This document shows, piece after piece, positions 24,382 to 33,970 of a stretch of 40,327 nucleotides of DNA (the first letter of the stretch is position 1; every line of letters starts with the position of its first letter). Location of the stretch: NCBI GenBank assembly GCA_041236755.1, contig JBERSB010000309.1, positions 1-40,327 on the forward strand, in the 5' to 3' direction. The position numbers and the translations under genes are program-made. Below the pieces are notes generated by a model. That model was not told the DNA's origin. It worked only from the letters and a program-made list of their open reading frames with translations, and ran no database searches. The DNA is from Luminiphilus sp. (GTDB lineage: Bacteria; Planctomycetota; UBA1135; UBA2386).

Positions 24382-25154
24382 TAGTCCTCGGCGTAGACCG
24401 CGGTGACCGGGACGTGGTCGCTCGGGCTCTTCTTGGTGCGCTCTTCTCTGTGCACGATCACGTCGGTGCACTTGGCCGCGGCGCTGGGTGACGAGAGAAC
24501 GTAGTCGATGCGCAGGCCGTCGTCCTTGACCGCAGCGCCTCGGGTGTAGTGCCACCACGTGTAGACGCCCGCGTCGTCGTGGTGCTGCCGGAAGCTGTCC
24601 TGCAGGCCGAACGCCATCACGTTGCGCATCGCCGCGCGCTCTTCGTCGGAGCACAGGATGCGGCCGCGCCACCAGTCGGGGTCGTGCACGTCCCGGTCCT
24701 CGAGGGCGACGTTGAAGTCCCCGACGACGACGACGTCGTCCTGCGCCGAGAAGCTGCTGTCGAGGTAGGTGCGCAGGCGGCGCATCCAGTCGAGCTTGTA
24801 GGCGTACTTCTCGCTGCCGACCTCCTGGCCGTTGACGACGTAGAGGTCGAGCACGCGGAACCCGTTGACGGTGGCGGCCAGAACGCGCTTGTCGGCGTCG
24901 GGCGGGTCGTCGGGCATGCCCTTCTTCACGTCTGCGAGCTCGTGGGCTGCCAGGATTGCGGTGCCGTTGTAGCCCTTCTGGCCGTCGAAGCAGACCTCGT
25001 AGCCCTCGTCCTCCAGCGCGTCGACGGGGAAGAGCTCGTCGACGACCTTGGTCTCCTGCAGGCATAGCACGTCCGGCTCGTGCTCGCGGAGGAAGTCGAC
25101 GACGTGGGTCAGGCGGGCGCGGATGCCGTTGACGTTCCAGGTGGTGATCTTCAT
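24381..25154 (-). CDS. xthA: Exodeoxyribonuclease III
   Basis: MKITTWNVNGIRAR, VLCLQETK, GDFNVA and the C-terminal SDHVPV are present. Length is 257 aa. Confidence 0.93.
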   Translation of the reverse strand: MKITTWNVNGIRARLTHVVDFLREHEPDVLCLQETKVVDELFPVDALEDEGYEVCFDGQKGYNGTAILAAHELADVKKGMPDDPPDADKRVLAATVNGFRVLDLYVVNGQEVGSEKYAYKLDWMRRLRTYLDSSFSAQDDVVVVGDFNVALEDRDVHDPDWWRGRILCSDEERAAMRNVMAFGLQDSFRQHHDDAGVYTWWHYTRGAAVKDDGLRIDYVLSSPSAAAKCTDVIVHREERTKKSPSDHVPVTAVYAED

Positions 25155-25296
25155 GCCGTCCCCGTCGATTCAACGGGCTCTGCCGCCCGGTTGGAAGATC
25201 GGTCGGGCGGATTCGCGGCGTGTGGTCGGCGAGGCAGCGGCGCGGCCGACTGGGCTCTTGCGCTGACTTGCCCGCGGCCTAGTCAGGCAGTCAGAT

Positions 25297-26547
25297 ATGT
25301 CGATGCGTTCGTTCGTGTTGTTCGTTCTCCTCGGCCTGCTCGGCGCCTGCGCGAGCACGGGCGGCTCGCGGATCATGGCGCCGGGATCCGGCCAGGCGAC
25401 CTCGGTCGACGCGGTCGCGGCTGCGATCGTCGACGCGGACCTCGTCGCGCTCGGCGAGCTGCACCAGACCCCTGGCGTGCACCAGACGCACCACGCGCTG
25501 CTGCGTGCGATGCATCGACGGCGGCCGAACATGGTGATCGCGATGGAGATGTTCGAGCGGGACGTGCAGACCGTGCTGCTGCAGTACCTCAACGGCCTGA
25601 TCGACGAGGACGAGTTCCGCGCCAGGTCGCGGCCGTGGCCGAACTACGCGCGCGACTACCGGCCGGTGATCGAGTTCGCCAAGGCCAACAACCTGATCGT
25701 GCTCGCCGCCAACGCGCCGCGCCCGCTCGCGAGCAAGGCGGCCAAGGAAGGGGTCGACGCCGTCAGGGGCGACAAGCACCTCGCGCGCGAGACCAGCGCG
25801 CCCAAGGACGGCTACTGGGACTCGTTCCAGAAGATGATGGCGGGACACGGCGGCATGCTCGGCGAGGACGGCATGGAGCGCTTCTACGCCGCGCAGTGCC
25901 TCAAGGACGACACCATGGCCGAGTCCATCGCGGACCACCTCAAGGAGATGGCGCCCGAGAACCGGCCGCTCGCCGTGTTGATCTGCGGCCGCGCCCACAG
26001 CGACTACGGTTGGGGCACGGTGCAGCGGGTGGTCGAGCGCATGCCGGGAATCGAGGTGCGCGTGCTCTCGGCAGAGACGGTCGACGACCCGGTGACGATG
26101 ATCGCCGAGGCCTCGAGCGAGGTCGCGGACTACGTCGTCGTCGCCGAGGCGCCGCAGCGTGAGCCGATGGCGATGCCGATCGCCGCGGCGCGCAAGCCGA
26201 AGGACGACGCGGCCGCCTCAGAGGGCGCCGAAGAAGATGGCGCCGAGCCGGCACCGACCGAGAACCCCGAAGGCCTGCGTCCTGCGTTCGGCTTCATGCC
26301 GGAGTACAGCAGCGAGGGCGACGGCGTGCTGGTCGGCCAGGTGTTCGAGGGGCGCCCGGCCTTCGAGGCGGGCATCGAGCAGGGCGACCGCATCATGGCG
26401 ATCGGCGGCAAGCCGACGCTCGACCTCGAAGAGTACACCGAGGTGCTCGACGCGCTGATCATCGGGCGGACCGTGACCGTCCGCGTGCGGCGCGAGGCGG
26501 CCGAGGTCGACCTCCAGGTCAAGGTCGGCAGCCGCGCTGCGCGCTGA
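25297..26547 (+). CDS. ChaN-family (haem-binding/Tiki-like) lipoprotein fused to a C-terminal PDZ domain
   Basis: The lipobox is LLGLLGAC. ChaN-like motifs are DLVALGELHQTP, VIAMEMFERDVQ, AQCLKDDTMAESI and ICGRAHSDYGWG. An Ala/Glu/Pro linker follows, then the PDZ-like GVLVGQVFEGRPAFEAGIEQGDRIMAIGGKP. Confidence 0.8.
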   Translation: MSMRSFVLFVLLGLLGACASTGGSRIMAPGSGQATSVDAVAAAIVDADLVALGELHQTPGVHQTHHALLRAMHRRRPNMVIAMEMFERDVQTVLLQYLNGLIDEDEFRARSRPWPNYARDYRPVIEFAKANNLIVLAANAPRPLASKAAKEGVDAVRGDKHLARETSAPKDGYWDSFQKMMAGHGGMLGEDGMERFYAAQCLKDDTMAESIADHLKEMAPENRPLAVLICGRAHSDYGWGTVQRVVERMPGIEVRVLSAETVDDPVTMIAEASSEVADYVVVAEAPQREPMAMPIAAARKPKDDAAASEGAEEDGAEPAPTENPEGLRPAFGFMPEYSSEGDGVLVGQVFEGRPAFEAGIEQGDRIMAIGGKPTLDLEEYTEVLDALIIGRTVTVRVRREAAEVDLQVKVGSRAAR

Positions 26548-26659
26548 TCTCCAGACTTCTCCAAGGTTTACGGTTGGGGTGCACGTGCCCGTCCATCTCA
26601 GTGGCGTCACCGGCGCTGCCCGCTATCCTATTTCGCCCTGATCGCGCGGCGCAGCCGCG

Positions 26660-27739
26660 GTGAATGCTTTGAGCGACACCCTGCAAATCACGGAGATCCC
26701 GGTCGAAGGCTACGAGCGAGTCGTTCGTGGCGTCGATCCAAACAGCGGACTGCACGCGATCATCGCGGTGCACGACACGACGCTCGGGCCTGCGCTGGGC
26801 GGCCTTCGGATGTGGAACTACGCCTCGGAGCAAGAGGCGCTGTTCGACGTCGAGCGGCTGGCCAAGGGCATGAGCTACAAGTCGGCGGTGGCGCGCACCG
26901 GTCTCGGCGGCGGCAAGGCTGTGATCATCGGCGACGCCAAGACGATCAAGTCCGAGGCGCTCTACCTCGGCATGGGGCGCCTCGTGGATTCGCTCGACGG
27001 GCTCTACACGACGGCCGAGGACGTCAACACGACGATCCAAGACCTCGAGATCGTGCGCCGCACGACCCGGCACGTGAGCGGCCTCGCGCGTGAGGACGGC
27101 GGCAGCGGCAACCCGTCGCCGTACACCGCCTACGGCGTCTACCTCGGCGTGCGCGCGGCGCTCGGCTGGGCCTTCGACAACGACGATCCCAGGGGTCGGA
27201 AGATCGCCGTCCAGGGTGTCGGCGCCGTCGGTGGCCCGCTCGCCCAGCGCCTCGCCGACGCTGGCGCAGAGGTCTATGCCTACGACCGCAACCAGAAGCG
27301 CCTCGACCAGCTGGCTGCCGACCACGGCGTCCGGATCGTCGGCGAAGACGAGATCATGCGGATGGAGTGCGACCTGTTCGCGCCGTGCGCGCTCGGCGGC
27401 GTGCTCAACGACGAGACCATCCCGGCGCTCAACACCAAGATCGTCGCGGGTGCTGCCAACAACGTGCTGCTGAAGCCCGAGCACGGCGAGCGGCTCGCCG
27501 AGCGCGGCATCCTCTACGCGCCGGACTACGTCATCAACGCGGGCGGCATCGTCAACGTCTCGGTGGAGTTCCACGAGGGCGGCTACGACGAGCAGGTCGC
27601 GCTGCAGAAGATCGAGCGGATCCCTCAGGCGCTGAAGGAGCTCTGGACGATCGCGCGCGACGAGGACGTGCCGCCGTGCTTCGCAGCCGACCGGCTGGCG
27701 CAGCGCCTCCTGGCCGACGGGACGGCCGCCAAGGCCTGA
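26660..27739 (+). CDS. Leucine (Leu/Phe/Val) dehydrogenase
   Basis: GTG start. AIIAVHDTTLGPALGGLRMW, GLGGGKAVIIGD, SGNPSPYTAYGVY, IAVQGVGAVG, APCALGG and AGAANN are nearly co-linear with the remembered Bacillus leucine dehydrogenase. Confidence 0.92.
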   Translation: MNALSDTLQITEIPVEGYERVVRGVDPNSGLHAIIAVHDTTLGPALGGLRMWNYASEQEALFDVERLAKGMSYKSAVARTGLGGGKAVIIGDAKTIKSEALYLGMGRLVDSLDGLYTTAEDVNTTIQDLEIVRRTTRHVSGLAREDGGSGNPSPYTAYGVYLGVRAALGWAFDNDDPRGRKIAVQGVGAVGGPLAQRLADAGAEVYAYDRNQKRLDQLAADHGVRIVGEDEIMRMECDLFAPCALGGVLNDETIPALNTKIVAGAANNVLLKPEHGERLAERGILYAPDYVINAGGIVNVSVEFHEGGYDEQVALQKIERIPQALKELWTIARDEDVPPCFAADRLAQRLLADGTAAKA

Positions 27740-27754
27740 GCCGCCAAGGCCTGA
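27725..27754. repeat. 15-nt perfect tandem duplication (x2) of the last four codons plus the stop of the leucine dehydrogenase gene
   Basis: gccgccaaggcctga occurs at 27725-27739 (A-A-K-A-stop) and identically at 27740-27754. Confidence 0.92.
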
Positions 27755-27795
27755 TCGGTGGCGGCCGCACGCGCCGCGCTACGGTCCGCCTGCCG

Positions 27796-28698
27796 CTAGT
27801 CTGGCACCCGGGTGATGACCTCGGGGCCGTCCTCGCCGATGAAGATCGTGTTCTCGAACTGCGCGACCCGCACGCCCTGGCGCTCGACCAGCGGCGGGTA
27901 GTCCTCGATCAGCTTCTTCTTCAACAGCACCTTCAGCGCGTCTTCGCAGCGCGCCTCGTCGCCGAGCCAGCGGACCAGGTCGCGGCGGGCGAACGGCAGC
28001 CGCTCGCTCGCCTGCATCGCCTCGAACACGTCCTTGGGGAGGTTGTCCTTGGGCTTGACGGGCTTTCGGAGCATGAAGACCTCGGCCTTGCCCTCGACGT
28101 CGATGGCGCCCTGGCCGTCGCAGGCGAACGGCTCGCACGCGATGGTCTGGCCGGCGCGCAGCTTGGCGGCCTTGGGGTCGTGGTAGTTGGGCACCGACGG
28201 CGCGCAGTGGATCGTGTAGCGCGCGACGCCGTGGCCGCAGAGGTTGCGCACCGGCTGGAACCCGAGCTGCGTGATGGTCGCCTCGACGGTGCGCCCAATC
28301 TCGGAGAGCGACACGCCGGGCCCCATCAGCGCGATGGCGTTCTCTAGCGCCATCTTGCTCGCAGAGCAGAGGAGCGAGCCCTCGCCGTCGCGCAGGTCCA
28401 CGGTGGTCGCGTTGTCGGTCACCCAGCCGTCGACGTGCGTGCCGCAGTCGAGCTTGATGATGTCGCCGGGCTGCGCCACGGTCGGGTCACCAGGCGGCGA
28501 GCAGTAGTGCGCGGCGATGTGGTTGCGCGAGACCTGGGCGGGGAACGACGGCTCGCCGCCGAGCTCGCGGATCTTGGCCTCGACCGCGAGCTGGACCTCC
28601 TCGATCCGCACGCCTGGCTCGATCATCGCGCGGCCGTGCGCGAGCGCGGTCGCGCTGATGCGGCCGGACTTGCGCAGCTTCTCGAGGTCGGTCCTCAC
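27796..28698 (-). CDS. map: Methionine aminopeptidase, type II (archaeal-type, ~300 aa)
   Basis: The GTG start at 28698 overlaps the kbl stop (GTGA). The sequence is co-linear with the remembered Pyrococcus MetAP: [62 protein letters not shown] and VAQFENTI. It includes the inserted helical subdomain [13 protein letters not shown]. Confidence 0.85.
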   Translation of the reverse strand: MRTDLEKLRKSGRISATALAHGRAMIEPGVRIEEVQLAVEAKIRELGGEPSFPAQVSRNHIAAHYCSPPGDPTVAQPGDIIKLDCGTHVDGWVTDNATTVDLRDGEGSLLCSASKMALENAIALMGPGVSLSEIGRTVEATITQLGFQPVRNLCGHGVARYTIHCAPSVPNYHDPKAAKLRAGQTIACEPFACDGQGAIDVEGKAEVFMLRKPVKPKDNLPKDVFEAMQASERLPFARRDLVRWLGDEARCEDALKVLLKKKLIEDYPPLVERQGVRVAQFENTIFIGEDGPEVITRVPD

Positions 28699-29882
28699 TG
28701 GATGACGCCCATCTCCTTGCCGACCTTCGTGAACGCGGCGATCGCGGTCTCGAGGTGCGCGCGCGTGTGCGCGGCGCTGATCTGCACCCGGATGCGGGCC
28801 TTGCCCTTGGGCACGACCGGGTAGTTGAAGCCGATCACGTAGACGCCTTCGTCCATCATGCGCGCGGCCATGTCGACGGCGAGCTTGGCGTCGCCCAGCA
28901 TGATCGGCGTGATCGGGTGGTCGCCGGGCACGATGTCGAAGCCGGCGGCGGTCATCTGCTCGCGGAAGAACCTGGTGTTCTCCTCGAGCTTGTCGCGCAG
29001 CGCCGTCGTCGCGGTCAGCTTGTCGATGCAGGCGATGGTCGCGCCGACGATCGCGGGCGCGAGCGTGTTGGAGAACAAGTAGGGGCGCGCGCGGTTGCGC
29101 AGCAGGTCGACGACCTCCTTGGGGCCGGCGGTGAAGCCGCCGGACGCGCCGCCGAGCGCCTTGCCGAAGGTCGAGTTGACGATGTCGACGCGGTCCTGGA
29201 CGCCGTAATACTCGGGCGTGCCGCGGCCCGTAGGCCCGAAGAAGCCGGTCGCGTGGCTGTCGTCGACCACGACGATCGCCCTGTACTTGTCCGCGAGCTC
29301 GCAGATCGCGGGCAGGTTCGCGATGTAGCCGTCCATCGAGAACACGCCGTCGGTGACGATCATGCGTGTGCGGCAGTCCTGCGAGTCCTTCAGGTGCTGC
29401 TCGAGCTCCTGCATGTCGTTGTTGGCGTAGCGCAGGCGGCGCGACTTGGTCAGCCGGATGCCGTCGATGATCGAGGCGTGGTTGAGCGCGTCGCTGATGA
29501 TCGCGTCGTCTTTGCCCATCAAGATCTCGAACAGGCCGCCGTTGGCGTCCCAGCACGACGAGTAGAGGATCGTGTCCTCGAGACCGAGGAACGTGCTGAT
29601 CTTCTGTTCGAGCGTCTTGTGCGGCGCCTGCGTGCCGCAGATGAAGCGCACGCTCGCCATGCCCAGCCCGTTCTCGTCGATCGCGCTCCTGGCTGCCTGC
29701 GTCAACTCGGCGTCGTTGGCGAGGCCGAGGTAGTTGTTGGCGCACAGGCAGAGCACGTCCTTGCCGTTGGCCGTGATCTCGGCGCCCTGCGGGCTCTGCA
29801 GGACCCGCTCCTCCTTCCAGAGGCCGGCCTCGCGGATGTCGTTCAGCTCGTGCTGCAGACGCTCTCGGACGTTGTCGAACAT
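28695..29882 (-). CDS. kbl: Glycine C-acetyltransferase (2-amino-3-ketobutyrate CoA ligase)
   Basis: Start ATG 29882 (MFDNVRERL). Motifs are [37 protein letters not shown] and the PLP-lysine context [13 protein letters not shown]. Length is 395 aa. Confidence 0.92.
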   Translation of the reverse strand: MFDNVRERLQHELNDIREAGLWKEERVLQSPQGAEITANGKDVLCLCANNYLGLANDAELTQAARSAIDENGLGMASVRFICGTQAPHKTLEQKISTFLGLEDTILYSSCWDANGGLFEILMGKDDAIISDALNHASIIDGIRLTKSRRLRYANNDMQELEQHLKDSQDCRTRMIVTDGVFSMDGYIANLPAICELADKYRAIVVVDDSHATGFFGPTGRGTPEYYGVQDRVDIVNSTFGKALGGASGGFTAGPKEVVDLLRNRARPYLFSNTLAPAIVGATIACIDKLTATTALRDKLEENTRFFREQMTAAGFDIVPGDHPITPIMLGDAKLAVDMAARMMDEGVYVIGFNYPVVPKGKARIRVQISAAHTRAHLETAIAAFTKVGKEMGVIQ

Positions 29883-29925
29883 GGGGCAGAAACAGGTACC
29901 CGTTAGGACCGTTCGGCGCCAGGGA

Positions 29926-30618
29926 CTAGGGCCGCTTCCCGCGCTCGTCGCTGCGCGCCGGTGCCAACTTGTACGGCGAGCGGTAGTGCTCGCGCAGCTG
30001 CTCCCAGCGCTCGCGCCACTCGGGCGGTCGGTCGTCGGACGCGACGCTCCGCTCGACCTCGTAGAAGTAGCTCTTGAAGGTCGTCGGCACGACGCCCGCC
30101 TGCTGCATCCGGCGGAGCGCAGGGCCGACGTTGGGCTCGTTGGAGAACACGCAGTCCTCCAGCAGGAACACCTCGAACCCCATCTCGAGCAGGCCCAGGC
30201 ACGACTGCAGCACACAGACATCGGTCTCCGCTCCGGCGACCACCAGCTGGTCGACGCCCATCTCGCGCAGCGCGGTGCGGATCGCCGGTTCGCGGCAGCA
30301 GTCGAAGGTTCGCTTCAGGTGGCGGACGCCGTGCTGCGGCCAGACGGCCTCGAGCCGCGCCGGCAGTTCGCCGTTGCGCTCCGTCGGCACCTCGAAGGTC
30401 GCGAGCACCGGCGCGCCGGTGATGCTCGCGTGCACCAACAGCTGCTCGAGGCGCTGCAGGACCGGCTCGGAGTCGCCGTGCATCATCGCGACGAAGCTCG
30501 GTTGCGCGTCGATGAGGACGACGCCTACGCGGCCGTGCTCCACGCGGAGCGGGCCGGGCGCTCTTGTGTGGCAGGCCGCGAGCGATGCCAGCAGCAGCGC
30601 GAGGATCGAGGTTCGCAT
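29926..30618 (-). CDS. Isochorismatase-family cysteine hydrolase with a lipoprotein signal peptide
   Basis: The lipobox is [26 protein letters not shown] and the catalytic-Cys context [14 protein letters not shown] are present. Confidence 0.8.
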   Translation of the reverse strand: MRTSILALLLASLAACHTRAPGPLRVEHGRVGVVLIDAQPSFVAMMHGDSEPVLQRLEQLLVHASITGAPVLATFEVPTERNGELPARLEAVWPQHGVRHLKRTFDCCREPAIRTALREMGVDQLVVAGAETDVCVLQSCLGLLEMGFEVFLLEDCVFSNEPNVGPALRRMQQAGVVPTTFKSYFYEVERSVASDDRPPEWRERWEQLREHYRSPYKLAPARSDERGKRP

Positions 30619-30722
30619 CGGCCCGATCCTCGTCGCGGCGCAGCGGCGTGCAAGCGAGCGCTGCGATTTGGCCGCGCCGCGCGCTAAGCTGCGCAGAGCC
30701 TTCTGAGAGGCTCCGTAGCCAG

Positions 30723-31793
30723 ATGAACCGCACCTGCATCGTCCCCGTCTTCGCGGCGCTCGCCGCGCTCGCTGCGTCCCCCGCGCTCCTTTCGCAGCAG
30801 CTGCCGGACCCCGACGGCAAGCCCGCCGACATGAGCAAGCCGGTCCAGGTCTTCGTGATCATGGGCCAGTCCAACACGCTCGAGATGGGCAAGGTCAAGG
30901 GCGCTGACGGCTCGCTCGAGCACGCGGTCAAGGAGGAGGGGCTCTACCCCTTCATGGTCGACGACGCGGGCGCGTGGACGACGCGCCAGGACGTGCGCAA
31001 CGTGCACGTGATGGGCAGCGGCGGCCCCGGCAAGACACGCCAGATGCGCAACGACTGGCTCACGGTCTCTGGCAGGAAGGTCGGCATCGAGCAGGGCATC
31101 GGCCACCAGCTCGGCGCGGCGCTCGACGCGCCCGTATTGATCCTCAAGAGCTCGATCGGCAACCGCAGCCTCGGCTGGGACATCCTGCCGCCGGGCTCGG
31201 AGTCGTACGAGTTCACCGACCCCAAGGACGGTAAGACCTACGTCTACGCCGGCTTCGGCGAGAGCCCGGATCGGTGGGAGAAGGGCACCGAACCGAAGCC
31301 GATCGGTTGGTCGGCGGGCCTGCAATACAAGGGAGACGTCGCGCGCGCCAAGGCCGTGCTGAAGGACCTTGGCAAGTACTACCCCGGCGCGACCAAGTTC
31401 GAGGTCAAGGGCTTCCTGTGGTGGCAGGGCGACAAGGACCGCTACAACGCCGGCCACGCCCAGAAGTACGGCGAAAACCTCGGGCGGCTGGTGGCGGCGC
31501 TGCGCAAGGAGTTCGACGCGCCCGACGCCAAGTTCGTCTGCGCGACGCTCGGACAGACCGACAAGGACGCGGCCAAGGGCAACGAGAAGGCGATCCTCGA
31601 GGGCATGATGGCGCTCAGCGACGCCGCGCAGAACCCGGCGCTGAAGGGCTCGGTCGCGACGGTCTACACGCACCCGCTGAGCATGGGCTCGGCCTCCAAC
31701 GCCCACTACGGCGGCAACGCCAAGACCTACATGAACGTCGGCCTCGCCATGGGCGCGGCGATGGTCGAGCTGCTCCAGAAGGCGGGCCGCTAG
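30723..31793 (+). CDS. Secreted sialate O-acetylesterase-like carbohydrate esterase (DUF303/SGNH-like)
   Basis: Start ATG 30723 with a signal peptide (MNRTCIVPVFAALAALAASPA). Motifs are VFVIMGQSNTLEMG, ILKSSIGNRSL and FLWWQGDKD. Its stop overlaps the stop of the convergent sulfatase gene (CTAG at 31790-31793). Confidence 0.75.
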   Translation: MNRTCIVPVFAALAALAASPALLSQQLPDPDGKPADMSKPVQVFVIMGQSNTLEMGKVKGADGSLEHAVKEEGLYPFMVDDAGAWTTRQDVRNVHVMGSGGPGKTRQMRNDWLTVSGRKVGIEQGIGHQLGAALDAPVLILKSSIGNRSLGWDILPPGSESYEFTDPKDGKTYVYAGFGESPDRWEKGTEPKPIGWSAGLQYKGDVARAKAVLKDLGKYYPGATKFEVKGFLWWQGDKDRYNAGHAQKYGENLGRLVAALRKEFDAPDAKFVCATLGQTDKDAAKGNEKAILEGMMALSDAAQNPALKGSVATVYTHPLSMGSASNAHYGGNAKTYMNVGLAMGAAMVELLQKAGR

Positions 31794-33205
31794 CGACCGC
31801 TGGCGGCGCGGGTCCGCGGCATCAGCTCGGGAGCGCGCTTCAGCCACGCCTGGAGCAGACGCTCCATTCGGGCCTTCTGCTCCGGCTCGCGTGCGGCGAG
31901 GTCGACGTGCTCGCCGGCGTCGCTCGCGAGGTCGTAGAGCTGAGACGTGCGCGTCTCGTGGTCGTAGACGAGCTTGAGCGATCCCTGGCGCAGCGCGCTG
32001 GTCGGCTTGCGCTCGAACGCGCCGTCGTGGAACCGCGCGTAGTCCGGAGCGTGCCAGCAGAGCGCGCGGTCGCGATCCAGGTCGCCGCCGGTCAGCAGCG
32101 GGGTCAGGTCGAGACCGTCCAGACCGCTCGGCGCGCGCGCGCCGGCGGCCTCGCAAGCGGTCGGGAACAGGTCCAGCAGCGAGACCGGCGCGTCGTGGAC
32201 CGCGCCCGCGCGCGTTACTCCCGGCCAGCGGATGACCATCGGCACGCGGATGCCGCCCTCGTAGATGGACCCCTTGCTGCCTCGAAGTCCGTTGTTGCCG
32301 CGTTCGCGCGCGCCGCCGTTGTCCGACGCGAAGATCACGACGGTGTCGTCTTCGAGGCTGCGCGCTCGCAGGTCTTTGAGCAGCGCGCCGACGGCCGCGT
32401 CGAGATCGGCGCACATGGCTGCGTGGATTGCGTCGCGACCCTCCAGTCCGCGAGCCTCTGCGGCGCGCAGCGACGCCGCCTTCGCTTCGCGCGGGCCGTG
32501 CACGCTGAAGTAGGGCAGGTAGAGGAAGAACGGACGGCCGTCGTCGCGGTCCAGGAACGCCTGCGCCTGTTGGGTGACGAAGTCTGACAGGTGCGTGCCG
32601 TCCGAGACCGGCACCGACGGCACCGTCGAGAAGTCGGGGTAGAAGTAGCGCTTGTCGCCGCTCGGGCTCCGCGTCTGGATCGCCTCCTCGAAGCCGCGCG
32701 CGCGCGGGTGCCACTGGGACACGCGGTTGCCGTCGTGGCCGAGGTGCCACTTGCCGAAGCAGCCGGTCCGGTAGCCTGCGTCCCGCAGGATCTCGGCGAG
32801 CGTCGGCAGCGAAGAGACCAGGCGTCGGCGGTTGGCGGGCGGGTCCAGCAGCCGCGCGCTGGCGTGGCGCAGCTCGGGGTCGTTGACGCAGTGGATGCCG
32901 TGTGCGAGCACGTCGCGGCCGGTCAGCAGGCTCGCCCGTGAGGGCGCGCAGAGCGCGGCGGCGGCGTAGGCCTCGGTGAAGCGCGCCCCCGACGCCGACA
33001 GCGCGTCGATCGCAGGCGTCAGGTGGTCCTCGTTGCCGTAGCAGCCGAGGTCCGTCCAGCCCAGGTCGTCGGCGACGATCAGGACGACGTTCGGCGGTCC
33101 GTGCTGCGTCTCGGAGGTCTGCGTGAAGACCCCTGAAGCCGTCAGGAAGAACGTAGCGGTTGCGAGGGCCGCGGCGAGGCGGAGTATGAAGCGTGGCGAG
33201 CGCAT
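31790..33205 (-). CDS. Sulfatase (formylglycine-dependent arylsulfatase family), secreted
   Basis: It has a signal peptide, VVLIVADDLGWTDLGCYG, and the formylglycine motif CAPSRASLLTGR. Confidence 0.92.
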   Translation of the reverse strand: MRSPRFILRLAAALATATFFLTASGVFTQTSETQHGPPNVVLIVADDLGWTDLGCYGNEDHLTPAIDALSASGARFTEAYAAAALCAPSRASLLTGRDVLAHGIHCVNDPELRHASARLLDPPANRRRLVSSLPTLAEILRDAGYRTGCFGKWHLGHDGNRVSQWHPRARGFEEAIQTRSPSGDKRYFYPDFSTVPSVPVSDGTHLSDFVTQQAQAFLDRDDGRPFFLYLPYFSVHGPREAKAASLRAAEARGLEGRDAIHAAMCADLDAAVGALLKDLRARSLEDDTVVIFASDNGGARERGNNGLRGSKGSIYEGGIRVPMVIRWPGVTRAGAVHDAPVSLLDLFPTACEAAGARAPSGLDGLDLTPLLTGGDLDRDRALCWHAPDYARFHDGAFERKPTSALRQGSLKLVYDHETRTSQLYDLASDAGEHVDLAAREPEQKARMERLLQAWLKRAPELMPRTRAASGR

Positions 33206-33285
33206 CCATGGGCAGTTTGCCAGCTGGCGCCGCCGCGCGTACGATTTGACGCCGCACTCGTCCCGATCAGGAGGATTTCCACACC

Positions 33286-33909
33286 ATGCAGGTCCGCAGT
33301 AACAGCATCCAACCCGACGCGCCGATCGGCGCCGCGTTCGCGTTCGGCCGCCCCGACCCCGAGACCCACATCGCGCTGTCCGACAACCGTAGCCCGCACC
33401 TCGCTTGGACCGGCGCGCCCGACGGGACCCAGAGCTTCGCGGTGTTGTGCATCGACCCCGACGTCCCGACGGTCGGCGACGACGTCAACCAGGAGGGCCG
33501 CGTCGTACCGGCGAGCCTGCCGCGGACGGACTTCGAGCACTGGGTGCTGGTCGACGTCGCGCCTTCTTGCACCGAGCTCGCCGAAGGGTCGTGTGGCGAT
33601 GGCGTCGTGGCGCGCGGCAAGCAGGAGCCGCCGGGCCCAGAGGGCTCGCGGCAGGGCGTCAACGATTACACCGCCTGGTTCGCGGGCGACGCCGACATGT
33701 CCGGCACCTACAAGGGCTACGACGGACCGTGCCCGCCGTGGAACGACGAGCTCGTGCACCACTACACCTTCACCGTCTACGCGCTCGACGTGCCGAGGCT
33801 GGAAGTGTCCGGCGACTTCACCGCCGCCGACGTGAAGGCCGCGATGGAGGGGCACGTGCTCGCGAGCGCCGCGATCACGGGGACCTACACCAACAACCCG
33901 GACCGGTAG
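33286..33909 (+). CDS. YbhB/YbcL family Raf-kinase-inhibitor-like (PEBP) protein
   Basis: An AGGAGGA SD lies upstream. Motifs are SPHLAWTGAPDGTQSFAVLCIDPDVP, FEHWVLVD, GYDGPCPP and HHYTFTVYALD. Confidence 0.88.
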   Translation: MQVRSNSIQPDAPIGAAFAFGRPDPETHIALSDNRSPHLAWTGAPDGTQSFAVLCIDPDVPTVGDDVNQEGRVVPASLPRTDFEHWVLVDVAPSCTELAEGSCGDGVVARGKQEPPGPEGSRQGVNDYTAWFAGDADMSGTYKGYDGPCPPWNDELVHHYTFTVYALDVPRLEVSGDFTAADVKAAMEGHVLASAAITGTYTNNPDR

Positions 33910-33914
33910 TAGCA

Positions 33915-33959
33915 GGCCCCGTCTCAGCTGGCCCGGTCTCAGCTGGCCCGGTCTCAGCC
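33915..33959. repeat. 15-nt tandem repeat x3 in a convergent intergenic spacer
   Basis: ggccccgtctcagct (33915-33929), ggcccggtctcagct (33930-33944) and ggcccggtctcagcc (33945-33959). They lie between the PEBP stop (33909) and the histidine kinase stop (33971). Confidence 0.9.
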
Positions 33960-33970
33960 AATACCGCGGC

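Noticed and set aside
30684-33257. An 857-aa ORF on the minus strand, plus similar long shadow ORFs. These include 21085..23064, 18302..20233, 33954..36107, 8926..10785, 10782..12458, 34487..36397, 13335..14507 and 14586..17093.
   Set aside because: All are Arg/Ala/Gly/Pro-rich with no motifs. All overlap well-supported genes with clear family signatures in another frame or on the other strand. This is a classic GC3-driven absence of stop codons.
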